Part shown: positions 18,385-27,966 of the stretch, in pieces | Numbering within the stretch: the stretch's first letter is position 1 | Layout of the letters: each line of letters starts with the position of its first letter | Assembly: GCA_963760795.1 (NCBI GenBank) | Contig: CAVXEP010000023.1 | Location: forward strand, 1-37,521 | DNA: 37,521 bases | Reading direction: 5' to 3' | DNA from: an uncultured delta proteobacterium | Lineage (GTDB): Bacteria; Desulfobacterota; Binatia; UBA9968 | The notes under the pieces: model-generated | What the model saw: the letters and a program-made list of their open reading frames with translations, nothing else | Told to the model about the DNA's origin: nothing | Database searches by the model: none | Translations under genes and position numbers: made by a program

Positions 18385-19832
18385 CTAGCTAAACACCGGC
18401 TTCTCTTTCAGATAATGCGCGCGCATCGCCGGCCGGTGGCGCTCCATCAAATCGCGGTTCAATGCTAGCGGCGGTTTCTGATCCGGCGGCAACAGCGGGC
18501 GGTATTCCGTGTCGCCGATCTCTGCTTTGAAAGTTTCCTTCGCCTGAGCGACTAGTTTGGGGTCCATGAACAGGTCAAGCGCTGACGCCGCCATCGCCTT
18601 GGCACCGGCGATCGCGCCCTTGTGCGCGATGGTCGTCGCCAACGACACGCCGGCGGACCAGTGATGATAAGAAACGCCGGGGATGTTCGACGGAAACGTG
18701 ATCAATCCTGTCGGCACCACCCAGGATACTTCGCCCGAGTCATTGGCGGAGACCGATTGCACACATTCTTTCAGAGGCATTATTTGCGTCGGCATACCGG
18801 CGGCTTTCTTGTTGATCTTGGCTTGCAAGTCGCAGACTAGCTTCTGCTCCCCTTCGGCCCATTGCGGCATGCCGATCGCTTCGACGTTGGCCTGAATAAC
18901 TTCGGCCAAAGTCCGATTCGCCCGCGTCGGCCAGACGGCGCTCAGCACATTCACGGAATATGTCGTGTCGGTCATCATCGCGGCGCCCTCGGCGATGCGC
19001 TTGGCCTTTCTCGAACAGCGCGCGGGTTTTCTCCGCCGTCGCTTCGCGGAAGAACCACCAGATCGCCGCCTTGTTGGGAATCACGTTGGGCTGGTCGCCG
19101 CCGTTGGTGATCACTCGGTGGCTGCGCTGGGTCGGCTCCAGGTGCTCGCGCAGTTTGTCCCAACCGATGTCCATCAATACCACCGCATCGAGGGCGTCTT
19201 TCGCGTTCCACGGCGCAGTCGCCGCATGTGCGGACTGTCCCTTGAAAGTAAACTCGGCGGAGATCAGCGCGTACTGGCGCAGGCCGAAAACCGTGCCGAA
19301 GCCGGTGCCGATATGATCGTGCAATGCCACGTCGACATCTTTGAAATAGCCATCGCGCACGAAGTAGGGCCGGCTCACCAGTTGCTCTTCGCCTGGCGCG
19401 CCGAAAACTTTCAGCGTGCCCGTGAGACCGAAGCGATCCATCGCCTGCTTGATCGCGATCGCGGCACCGATCATCACCGCGCCGTTGACGTTGTGGCCTT
19501 CCGTGTGTCCCGGCGCACCATCGACGATCGGCGCCGGCTCGATGACGCCGGCCTGCTGCGAGCACCCCGGCGTCGCGTCGTACTCGGTGTGCAAAGCGAT
19601 CGACCGGCTTACCCGAACCGTAAGTTGCGACGAAACCGGTCGGCATGCCGGAAAGATTTCGTTCGATGGAGAAGCCCGCCTTCTCCAACAGCTCCATCAT
19701 CAAGCCCGAGCTCTCGAATTCCTGCATGCCTAGCTCAGCGAAATAAAAAATATTGTCACATAAGTGCGCGATCGCCTCGCCGTTACGCTCGACGGTATCG
19801 AAAACAAACTTCTTTTCTAAGCCAATGCCCAC
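18385..19832 (-). CDS. M20 amidohydrolase, p-aminobenzoyl-glutamate hydrolase subunit B (AbgB)-like (frameshifts ~19600 and ~19010)
   Basis: ORFs 18975..19832, 18740..19594 and 18385..18978. AELGMQEFES, MPTGFVA.YGSG, EYDA, GH.EGHN, GEE, HAA..PW, GGDQPNVIP; GGAGGAG RBS. Confidence 0.85.
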
Positions 19833-19850
19833 AACTCACTCCTCCGATCG

Positions 19851-19876
19851 CCTTACCCCTTACCCTTTACCCCTTG
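19851..19876. repeat. 7-mer tandem array (CCTTACC-like)
   Basis: ccttacc-ccttacc-ctttacc-cctt between the deacetylase stop and the AbgB RBS. Confidence 0.6.
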
Positions 19877-19886
19877 CGGTTTCTCC

Positions 19887-20768
19887 TCACCCGTCAAACT
19901 TCCCCGGATCCTTATAGTAATTCTTGTAGTACCACTCGGCGATTTCCCATCCGGTCGTGCGCCACACGCCCTCGTGCGCACACATATACTCCAGCGCCAT
20001 TTCCAAATATTTAATCCGGAACGGCATGCCGATGACAAACGGGTGGAGCGGCAAGCATAACACCCGGCCGCCCGAAACGCTGTCTTTGTAGAGCGTGTCG
20101 AAGTGATCGCAAACCATTCGGTAGTACTGCTCCGGCGTGTGATTCTCACGCTGGAAAACCCGAATGTCGTTGACGCCCAGCTCGTAGGGCACCACCACCA
20201 TGCGCCCGCTCTTCACCCGCATCGCCGTCGGCTGTTCGTCATTGCCCCAGTCGCAGACATATTCGAATCCCTCGGCGGCCAGATGATCCGGCGTGTCGTG
20301 GGTTTCACCCAGGCCGGGACCAAGCCACCCTTTCGGCGCTTTGCCGGTGGCCTTGGTGATGATCTCTTTGACGTTGTGAATGATCGCCCGCTCTTCTTCC
20401 GGCGCATAGTCGAGCATCGAGATACTGTTGGTCATGCCATGGCCGAGCCACTCCCAATTGCGCTTGTTGCCCTCTTCGATGATCGGCGGGTGTTTCTCGC
20501 ACACCTCCGCGTTCAACAGCACGCTGGCGCGGATGTCGAACTTGTCGAGCACGTCCATGATGCGATAAACGCCGACGCGCGCGCCGTAATCGCGCAAGCT
20601 ATAACCCGGCACGTCGGGCCAATGACTGCTGCCGGTGCCGCGGATCGGCATGTCGTAATGGAAATATTCGATATTCGGCGCCACCCACAAAGCGACACGG
20701 CCATGATTAGGCCATTCGATCTTGGGCCGGCGAATGATCGGTGAATAGTCGTAGCGGCGGTTGTCCAT
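19887..20768 (-). CDS. polysaccharide deacetylase family (CE4/PuuE-like)
   Basis: YSPI..RP...WP, RDYG.RVG, GHG, GWLGPGL, DW.NDEQP, LHPF. Start MDNRR with AAGGAG RBS. Confidence 0.85.
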   Translation of the reverse strand: MDNRRYDYSPIIRRPKIEWPNHGRVALWVAPNIEYFHYDMPIRGTGSSHWPDVPGYSLRDYGARVGVYRIMDVLDKFDIRASVLLNAEVCEKHPPIIEEGNKRNWEWLGHGMTNSISMLDYAPEEERAIIHNVKEIITKATGKAPKGWLGPGLGETHDTPDHLAAEGFEYVCDWGNDEQPTAMRVKSGRMVVVPYELGVNDIRVFQRENHTPEQYYRMVCDHFDTLYKDSVSGGRVLCLPLHPFVIGMPFRIKYLEMALEYMCAHEGVWRTTGWEIAEWYYKNYYKDPGKFDG

Positions 20769-21046
20769 TGTGGCTTCGAGCTCCTTTATGAATTTCAAAA
20801 CTCTGCGGCGGCTAACAGCCTTAACCTACGCCAGGAAAGGATTGACGGTCAAATACTTCGCCAACGACCAGTGCGTTGAATGTGCAGCTCAGCGGGACTG
20901 TCGAAGATCTCCTTCCATAAGCAGCGACAAGTCGATACTTGAAAACTGACGCTGCCCGCCATTCTCGGCGCCGAAAATCAACGAGATCGAAAACGGCGAC
21001 TCATTACTGACAAGCACCATCACAATTCTGGTGCCTCTTACCAGTA

Positions 21047-21541
21047 CTCGTAGGTATGGTAACGCCACTTACGAGTGATCCATGTGACGTCGCTCCTACC
21101 TCCCCAATTTACTACAATAACCAGGAGTCAAACTTCTGACCGTGTTGACTTATGTAGCGCACGAGCGCATTCGCCGACGTGGTCACCTCGCGTGCAGTTT
21201 GGGTCCCCTTATCATTCTTCGATCCAAAACCACACAGATCTTTTGGGGTCGCCGTTCAAGGTTTATTGCCGTTATTTCTCCGCCGCCAACTACCAGTATT
21301 AAACCCTTGACGCCCAATTCTTCTAATTTTTCCTTGAACCCGGGTAAGACCACTGGTTCTTGAATCGAGTTCAATGAGTTCATCCGGGAGTGAAAGTCTT
21401 TCCGCGTTGCTGTCATTCAGAGATGGAGTATCCTTTGATTAAAGAAATAATAAGCAGCCGACGGCCGCTAGCAAGAGCACAGCTACACCCGACCCGATGG
21501 CGACGTTGCGCTTTATAGAAATAACATTAGACTCGACTCAT
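21047..21541 (-). CDS. probable AT-rich small secreted/anchored protein, broken by several indels
   Basis: Strong RBS AAGGAGG 6 nt before ATG 21541. Correcting one indel gives MSESNVISIKRNVAIGSGVAVLLLAAVGCLLF, continuing into ORF 21183..21416. 3' end uncertain. Confidence 0.4.
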
Positions 21542-21599
21542 TGTTTTCCTCCTTCTGATTTTTTGCGGGATGATTCTGTTCGCTGTCTCGCTGTTCAAT

Positions 21600-24500
21600 C
21601 TAAAAAGCCAGAGTTGAAACGAACGGAGACGGCTAAACTCGGGTGGAAACGGCAAGGACGACGGTAATCCAGTTCGCTCCCGGGGTCTTCTGTTTTGTAA
21701 GCCCTCATAGCGGTAGTTTTGATTTAACATGTTTTGCAATTGCACCTCCAGGATCCCCAAACGTCTAGGCAGCCGATAACCCAAATTCAGGTCTAGAAAC
21801 GTTGCGCTGTCACTGTCAGATCCGGTATCAAGCGCAACCTTTTGTTTGAGGTAACTGGCCCGAAGTTTGGCAAAAAACCCTGAGGGACTGAAATAAGAAA
21901 CACTGAAAGGGATAGTTTGGGTGTCGGTGTCGAGCGGTCCAAAAGATTCTGAATTATCGAAATTCTCCCTTGAGTACTCGACTTCAACAGCCCAGCGTGG
22001 ATGCGGTGTAAGTTGCAGGTAAGCTCGATAAAGCGACTCTTCCCAAGCTGGTCTATATTCAGAGGGCCCGTTACCGGAAATCTTAGATTTCTTTGAGAGA
22101 TTTCTACGCCACCGGTGAGAACAGGACTAAAGCGATGGTCTATGCCTACACCCCACCGCTCGGACTTGGTTCCTGTAGGGTCATCAAACAACTGGTTAAA
22201 ACCTGCGACTTGAGTGGGTTCGAGTGTTTGGTTGAATAAGGCCGAGCGTTTGAACTGTCCTGAACCAGGCGGCCCTAAACACGGTTTTTCCGCTAATATT
22301 CCATAGCATGCCAACCTTAGGGTTGACATGACTCCTTTTCTTTGTAAAAGCAGTCACTATCAAAAATGTCGCCGCTCAACCCTAGTGTCCAGGTTACAGA
22401 TGAAGGAAACTGCTGTCGCGCATAAAGGTAAGCGTTGCCATGCTCTGTTCTTTCTCTTGTTCGGGAACCTGCCGTCTCAAAGTCTTGGTTCAGCCGTAAT
22501 ATCCGCCACCGAGAATGGCGTTAAAGGTTTCCTCTCGAAAGAGATACTGCGTTTCTGCGAGATAGCCATTGCTGGTGCTGAATGTGGCGGGATCGACGGG
22601 AAATACTCTAATCCTGCCGTCTTCATCGAGATAAATCAACGAAGCTAAGAAGTCAGATCGTTTCGATGGCGAAACATGAAGGCCAAGACGATACGTTTCA
22701 GAATCCGATTCCTCACGAAAATTCCGCTGTCTTATCAGATCGGTTGCGCGTCGGTGAAAATAACGAATCTAAATTGCCACTTTTGACATCGCGATGGCGC
22801 ACCTCTGCTTGCACGTTTAACTTGGGCGAGATCTTTGCCTGTACGAAAGCGTTGTAGATGTTGACGTTTAAGTCGTTATTTTCCCGAAATCCATCCGTTT
22901 GAAAATGAAACTGCCCAAGGCTGTAGGAGAGATTATTCCAAACACCGGACTGCGTTACTTCATCACCGAGAGTATAGTTACTGCCAAAGACACCAGATGC
23001 TTGCAGCGCTAAGCGGTTTCGCGTGAACAACGGATTGAATTCATTAAACGATGGAGAGGACGGGCCACTGCCTGCCAGGAGAAGCAAGTTGCTTTCCGCC
23101 AGAACAGGCTGTACAGGCGTGATATTAATCGGCTGTAATAACTGCGACTGCAGCAACTCACTCACCCTGGCAATTTCATGCCGTGGCAACCCAGCATAAT
23201 TATCCGCCAACAACCTATGCGCCGAATAATTACTAGGGTCGGTATTGACCGATTTCCAGCCTTCCACCAAGCCCAGCTGCTGAAATCCGAGGTCGTTGTA
23301 GATGCGTCCAAGGCTGGCGCTCCGTGCGGCGAGATCCTCGTCGAGCAACAGGCGCGACCGGTAGACCGCTCGGTTATCGTTGAGCTCGATCGCTTTCTGC
23401 ATGTCCTGCAACGCTTCGACCGGTCGGTTGGTGGTCTGTTTGCGGATGGCGTCATAAAAGTAGGGCGTCGGATCTTTCGGATCCAAGTTCTTTGCCATCT
23501 CGTATTGATCCGCCGATTGCTTGTCCAACTTTTCTTCGTAGTAGGCTTTGCCGAGGTAGCTGCGCAGCAGTGAATTATCCGGATCCAGGCTCACGGCGAT
23601 ATCGAGTTCGCCGCGGCCGGCGTCGAGATCTCCTTCTCGGATCATTGCCAGTCCTAAGACCCAGTCGCGGCAACGGGTCGGCTTGATCGAGTTCTATTGC
23701 CCGTTCGAACGCCTTCTTCGACTCGGTGGTTTTGACCTGCGTCAGATAAGCGAATCCTAAAACTGTCTGCGTTCTCGACAGACTCGGATCGATGGCCGCA
23801 GCTTTCTGCGCCGCTTCGAGGGCGTCGTCGAGGTCGGCGAAGGACATATGCAACTCGGCCAGCCGCGCCCAGGCAAGGGCGTCGTTGGGATTGGCTTCGA
23901 CGGCCTGCTGCAAACTGGCGCGCGCGCCGGTGAGATCGAACTGGGCCTGCTGCGCGTAGGACAGCGCGATCAGCGCCGCGCTCGATTTTGGATCTGCCGT
24001 AACCGCTTTTTGCCCGGCCTCGAGCGCTTTGTCTTTGTCATTTTGCGCCACGGCGATAATCGCCTGAAGCGCCAACGCCGCGCTGTCAGCGGCGCGCAAA
24101 CTCAGCGCCCGCTCGACATCACGGCGCGCTTCGTCGCTGCGCCCCACTGCCAACAACAGCGCCGCGCGATAGCTGAAGAAGCTCGGGTCTGCGATGGTAT
24201 CCGGCACGCCTTTAATGCTTTCGAAGGCCGCGGCAAAATCGCCCTGCTTGTAGGCCGCGATCGAGTTTGCCGCGACCGCCTGCCAGGTTGGGTCTTGAAA
24301 AGTCTCAGGACGAAAATCGAAGACCGGCGGATAATAGAGCGCCCATTGCACCGCGTCGCGCGGCCGCACGATGGTGGCCAAAACCGGCGCGCTGCCTTGG
24401 CGCGCGATCGCCGATTGGCCGCTCGTGAGAATGAGGCTGCCGGCAGGGTTCGAAGCGATGACCTGGCCTTCGAAGATGGTTATCAAAGTGCTATCGGATT

Positions 24501-24963
24501 CGACTTTGACCAATCCTTCGGTGCCTTCGACGCCGGCGTTAACAAAGGGCGTAGACACTTCCAGATGGCCCGATAGACGGCTGAAAAAATAGAGCGCGCC
24601 GCGCAGCAATTGCACGACGGAGCGTCTTTCGTCCCGGACCCCCGCCAAGGTAATCGTCGTGTTCTGCTCCAAGCGAATGATCGGGCGGTTGACTAGCGCA
24701 ATGTCGGCGCGGCTTCTTTCGCCCACCTGGACTCGGTCGCCGGCGCAGTAGGTGTCGTTGAGCGTGGCCCGTTGCCACTGCGTCTGGCCGGCGCGGCTGA
24801 CCTCGACGTGACCTTGGGTGGAAACCATCCTGGCGACCCAACGATCGCATGTGATCGAGGCCGACAAACTTCCAGTAATTAGCAACAACGCCGCCAATCC
24901 GGCAAAGTTAAAAACACCCCACTTCAGATTGCGCTTCTTCACGATTCGCCTGCTTTCGGTCAC
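21600..24963 (-). CDS. FecR-TPR-beta-barrel outer-membrane protein (NsrA-like), multiple frameshifts
   Basis: ORF 23575..24963 (signal, FecR STPFVNAGVEGT, QWALYYPP, TPRs); 22713..23645 (TPRs, LNDNRAVYRSRLLLD); 21793..22329 (QTLEPTQVAGFNQLFDD); 21527..21784. Correcting one indel gives a C-terminal ...RFTLAF* at 21600. Confidence 0.75.
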
Positions 24964-24992
24964 GCCATTTTATTACATCAATACGACGCCGA

Positions 24993-27251
24993 TTATTTTT
25001 CAGCCATCGCGATCGTGCCGTTCCAGTTTTCCGGTGGCGGGTTGGAGCGATACTGGGCACAAAGCTGACGATAAAACCGCGAGACACCATCGCCATTAAA
25101 CAATTGGTCCGACTGCATGAATTTCTCATCGGCCTCATCCCAGAGGCGGCGCTCGAAAAGCTGCCGCGCCTCGGCAAATATCTCGCAAGCTTTTTTTTGC
25201 CAGTCGGCGCAGTCGGCGGCGCGGCAGATCAATTCATGAGCCACGATCGGTTGGGACTTGCCTTTCAGGAGAAATACTCCGACCGCCCGAGTCACGAACT
25301 TATCGAGGTCGCGCATCACTTCATCGGATACCAGAATGTTGCTCCCCAGGTATTTATTTAACCCGTCCAATCGCGCCGCCGTGGTGACCGTATCCCCGGT
25401 CACTCCATATTCGTAGTGGGTTCCGGCGCCGATGGTGCCGAGAAAGATCGGACCGGCATGAAGGCTAATCCGAGTGGGGAGTTTGAGCGCGGCGTCGGTG
25501 GATTGATTGAAGCGGCGTACCGCTTCGGCCATGTCGAGAGCCGCTTCGCAGGCCTTTTGCCGGAACACCAGTTCGCCCAAGCTGCCTTTCCAAATGGCCA
25601 AGATCGAGTCGCCTTTGAGCTCGACAACCAGACCGCCTTGCTTATGAATCTGTTCGAATGCCGCTTCAAGATATTTGTGCATCAGCTCGCTCAGGTCTCG
25701 CGGCGTCATCGATTCGGAAACCGGCGTGTAGCCGGCAACATCGGCAAATAAACATGTGCCGTAAACGGTTTGGCCGTATCGGCGAAGGTCGATCGTGTCC
25801 CTAGCCACCCGGGTGACAACTTCTTCCGGCACGTAATAGCCGAGCGCCCTGGTGATTCTCTTGCGTTCTCTATTGATCTCGAAAAAGTTCCACAAGAGCG
25901 CGCCGACATAGCCGCCAGGCGCCTGGAAAAACAACGGCACAACGATCGGGAACCATATGGCGTTGGCGCGGAACTGGTAGCTGGCAGCAAACACATAAGC
26001 GGTACTGCACAAAATGACCGCAACAGCCGCGGAGAGAGGAGCCGTCAAGCGGCAAATAAGCCCCACGATCATGCCCCAAAGCAGAAGCGTAGCGATTTGA
26101 TAACTTGGGCGGAGCGGTTTGACCGAGGTGCTCGTCAATAGATTCAAAAATGCCGTGGCGGCGATTTCGACGCCGCTGACAAAAACGCCTTTGGTTGTAG
26201 AGAAAACCGTATGAAAGCTGTCCTGTCTTTCGGCAAGCAGGTTTTCCGATAGTCCGATGAAGACCGCTTTTCCGCGCAGGTCCATGGGCGCGCCGTTGGT
26301 GCCATCGGTGCCGAGCTGTAAGGCTTGATAATACGGCAGGGTGGTCACCGAGCGGGGCGGGCCGTAGAAATTTAGGTATTGGCGATTCGTACCGGTGTAC
26401 AGATGGACCATCGCACTTACCGGTCTGTGATCGCTGCCGGAGCCAACAGCGACGTGCGCCAACGCGTCGCCGAGATGAGAATCGCTGCGAAAGATTTGTC
26501 TCAAGTTCCTGGTGAATTTTGACGCTCCGGTCGATTCGATCGCCGAACTTGCGTCGCTCGGCAGCAACGCTGCTAATTTTGGGCTCGCCTTTTCCAGCAA
26601 TGCTCGAACATCTGGATAGGCCGGGAGCGTATAGAGTTGCAGCGCGAGGACGGGGAACGTCGGCGTATCCCCCGCATCGGTTTGAAAAGTCCAATACTGG
26701 CTCACCCGCACCGGCATGCGCGGCAAAACGAATGGAGCCGTGGCAAAGGCGGCACGCGAGAAAAGTTCGATCGGCTTTAATGCTTCGACAATCTTATGGC
26801 CTGCGTCGTCTACCATAGCATCGCCTGCTGAAGTGACTTCTTTCGCCCTCAATTGTTCGGCGAGCACGACATTACCGGCTTTCTTTATCGCTGCGGCGAG
26901 CGCCGCGTCCTCCTCCGGCGACCTGGGCTCGGCAAAATAGAGATCGAAAACTATCACGCGGGCGCCGGCTCGTTTGAGTGCTTCGATCAAGCGCGCATGC
27001 AAGGTGCGCGGCCAGCGATCAGGATTCTTGGCGATGTTCAGACGTTCGGAAGATTCGCTGTCGATAGCGACGACAAGCGCCTCGGCTGGAGCTGTTGTGG
27101 CGCCCCTTAACTGAAACAGCAAATCCAGCCCGATATGTTCCTCGACCGCGCGAACATCATCGTAAACATTTGCGATGTTTCCCAATAGCCCTAGTAATAG
27201 GCCAAAGGCGGCAGCTTTGAGCAAGCTTAACAAGTGAGTCGTTCCCGCCAA
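24993..27251 (-). CDS. CHASE2-domain class III adenylate/guanylate cyclase
   Basis: VVAID..S, WPR..HA, FDLYF, GVEI.A (CHASE2); 3 TM helices; FADVAGYT, GD, HAG, GDTV..AARL; C-terminal TPR-like tail (PP.NWNG). Confidence 0.9.
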   Translation of the reverse strand: MAGTTHLLSLLKAAAFGLLLGLLGNIANVYDDVRAVEEHIGLDLLFQLRGATTAPAEALVVAIDSESSERLNIAKNPDRWPRTLHARLIEALKRAGARVIVFDLYFAEPRSPEEDAALAAAIKKAGNVVLAEQLRAKEVTSAGDAMVDDAGHKIVEALKPIELFSRAAFATAPFVLPRMPVRVSQYWTFQTDAGDTPTFPVLALQLYTLPAYPDVRALLEKASPKLAALLPSDASSAIESTGASKFTRNLRQIFRSDSHLGDALAHVAVGSGSDHRPVSAMVHLYTGTNRQYLNFYGPPRSVTTLPYYQALQLGTDGTNGAPMDLRGKAVFIGLSENLLAERQDSFHTVFSTTKGVFVSGVEIAATAFLNLLTSTSVKPLRPSYQIATLLLWGMIVGLICRLTAPLSAAVAVILCSTAYVFAASYQFRANAIWFPIVVPLFFQAPGGYVGALLWNFFEINRERKRITRALGYYVPEEVVTRVARDTIDLRRYGQTVYGTCLFADVAGYTPVSESMTPRDLSELMHKYLEAAFEQIHKQGGLVVELKGDSILAIWKGSLGELVFRQKACEAALDMAEAVRRFNQSTDAALKLPTRISLHAGPIFLGTIGAGTHYEYGVTGDTVTTAARLDGLNKYLGSNILVSDEVMRDLDKFVTRAVGVFLLKGKSQPIVAHELICRAADCADWQKKACEIFAEARQLFERRLWDEADEKFMQSDQLFNGDGVSRFYRQLCAQYRSNPPPENWNGTIAMAEK

Positions 27252-27467
27252 CAGTTAGTCTACACCGCGTGACAAATCATCCGGCGTCGTTCACCCGACA
27301 AACTCGCGACCCAGGCTGGCTAGCTCGGTCTATAGTCCAAATTCGCGGGGATGTGCAAGTAGAATGCATTGCAGGAGCTGGCAAGAGTTCACTGCGTAGG
27401 CTTAGCATCCGCGCAATCTGATTCAACGACCTTGTCGCCACTTCTAAGATCCGGCCAAAAATACCGC

Positions 27468-27497
27468 TTGACACCAGAACGCCGGCTTTGTTACAAG
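27468..27497 (+). promoter_or_regulatory. sigma70-type promoter for the DUF4212/actP operon
   Basis: Perfect TTGACA (27468) and extended -10-like TGtTACAAG (27489-27497). Confidence 0.5.
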
Positions 27498-27503
27498 CCC
27501 GCG

Positions 27504-27612
27504 TTACTGGCTAGCTTCCATGCTGCGGGTAGCGATTCACAAGCGCTGCCCATGGGAGACCGGTGAATAAATCCCACCCCGAGCGGCGCTCGACTGCAGT
27601 AATGCCGAGCTC
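27504..27612 (+). ncRNA. candidate structured 5' leader
   Basis: Long irregular hairpin 27504..27566 with GU pairs, and a GNRA (GTAA)-capped hairpin 27588..27610, in the ~190-nt leader. Confidence 0.35.
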
Positions 27613-27693
27613 CATTTGAATGAAATTACGTCTAGGCAGCGACGATTTTCCTTCGTAGCGACAGATTCAATAAATTGCATCGAGGAGGTGCGT

Positions 27694-27963
27694 ATGGCTG
27701 ATCTCTCGGAGGAACAAAAGAAGTCCTATTGGCGTTACAATATCACACTGACAACCGTCCTGCTGATCATTTGGTTCGTCGTCACCTACCTGGTTTCGGG
27801 TCTTTGGGCTGCCAGTCTCAATCAGTTCTCCTTTCTCGGCTTTCCCCTTGGCTACTACATGGCGGCGCAGGGCTCGCTGGCGATCTTCGTCATCGAGATC
27901 GCCGTGTACGCTTACCTGATGAACAAGCTGGATCTCAAATACGGCATCCGAGAGGAGGGCTGA
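27694..27963 (+). CDS. DUF4212 small subunit of sodium:solute symporter
   Basis: YWR.N...LL.IWF.V, FLGFPLGYYMAAQGS, MNKLD..YG; GAGGAGG RBS. Confidence 0.9.
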   Translation: MADLSEEQKKSYWRYNITLTTVLLIIWFVVTYLVSGLWAASLNQFSFLGFPLGYYMAAQGSLAIFVIEIAVYAYLMNKLDLKYGIREEG

Positions 27964-27966
27964 GCC

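Noticed and set aside
27464-27515. Twister ribozyme-like string (…GTTACAAGCCCG)
   Set aside because: It lacks the UAA cleavage loop and the downstream pseudoknot complement. It is better explained as -35/-10 promoter elements.
27553-27585. Cobalamin riboswitch (GGGA..CCGGTG)
   Set aside because: No paired CCGG stem, no CCCGC-AACTGT and no B12 box.
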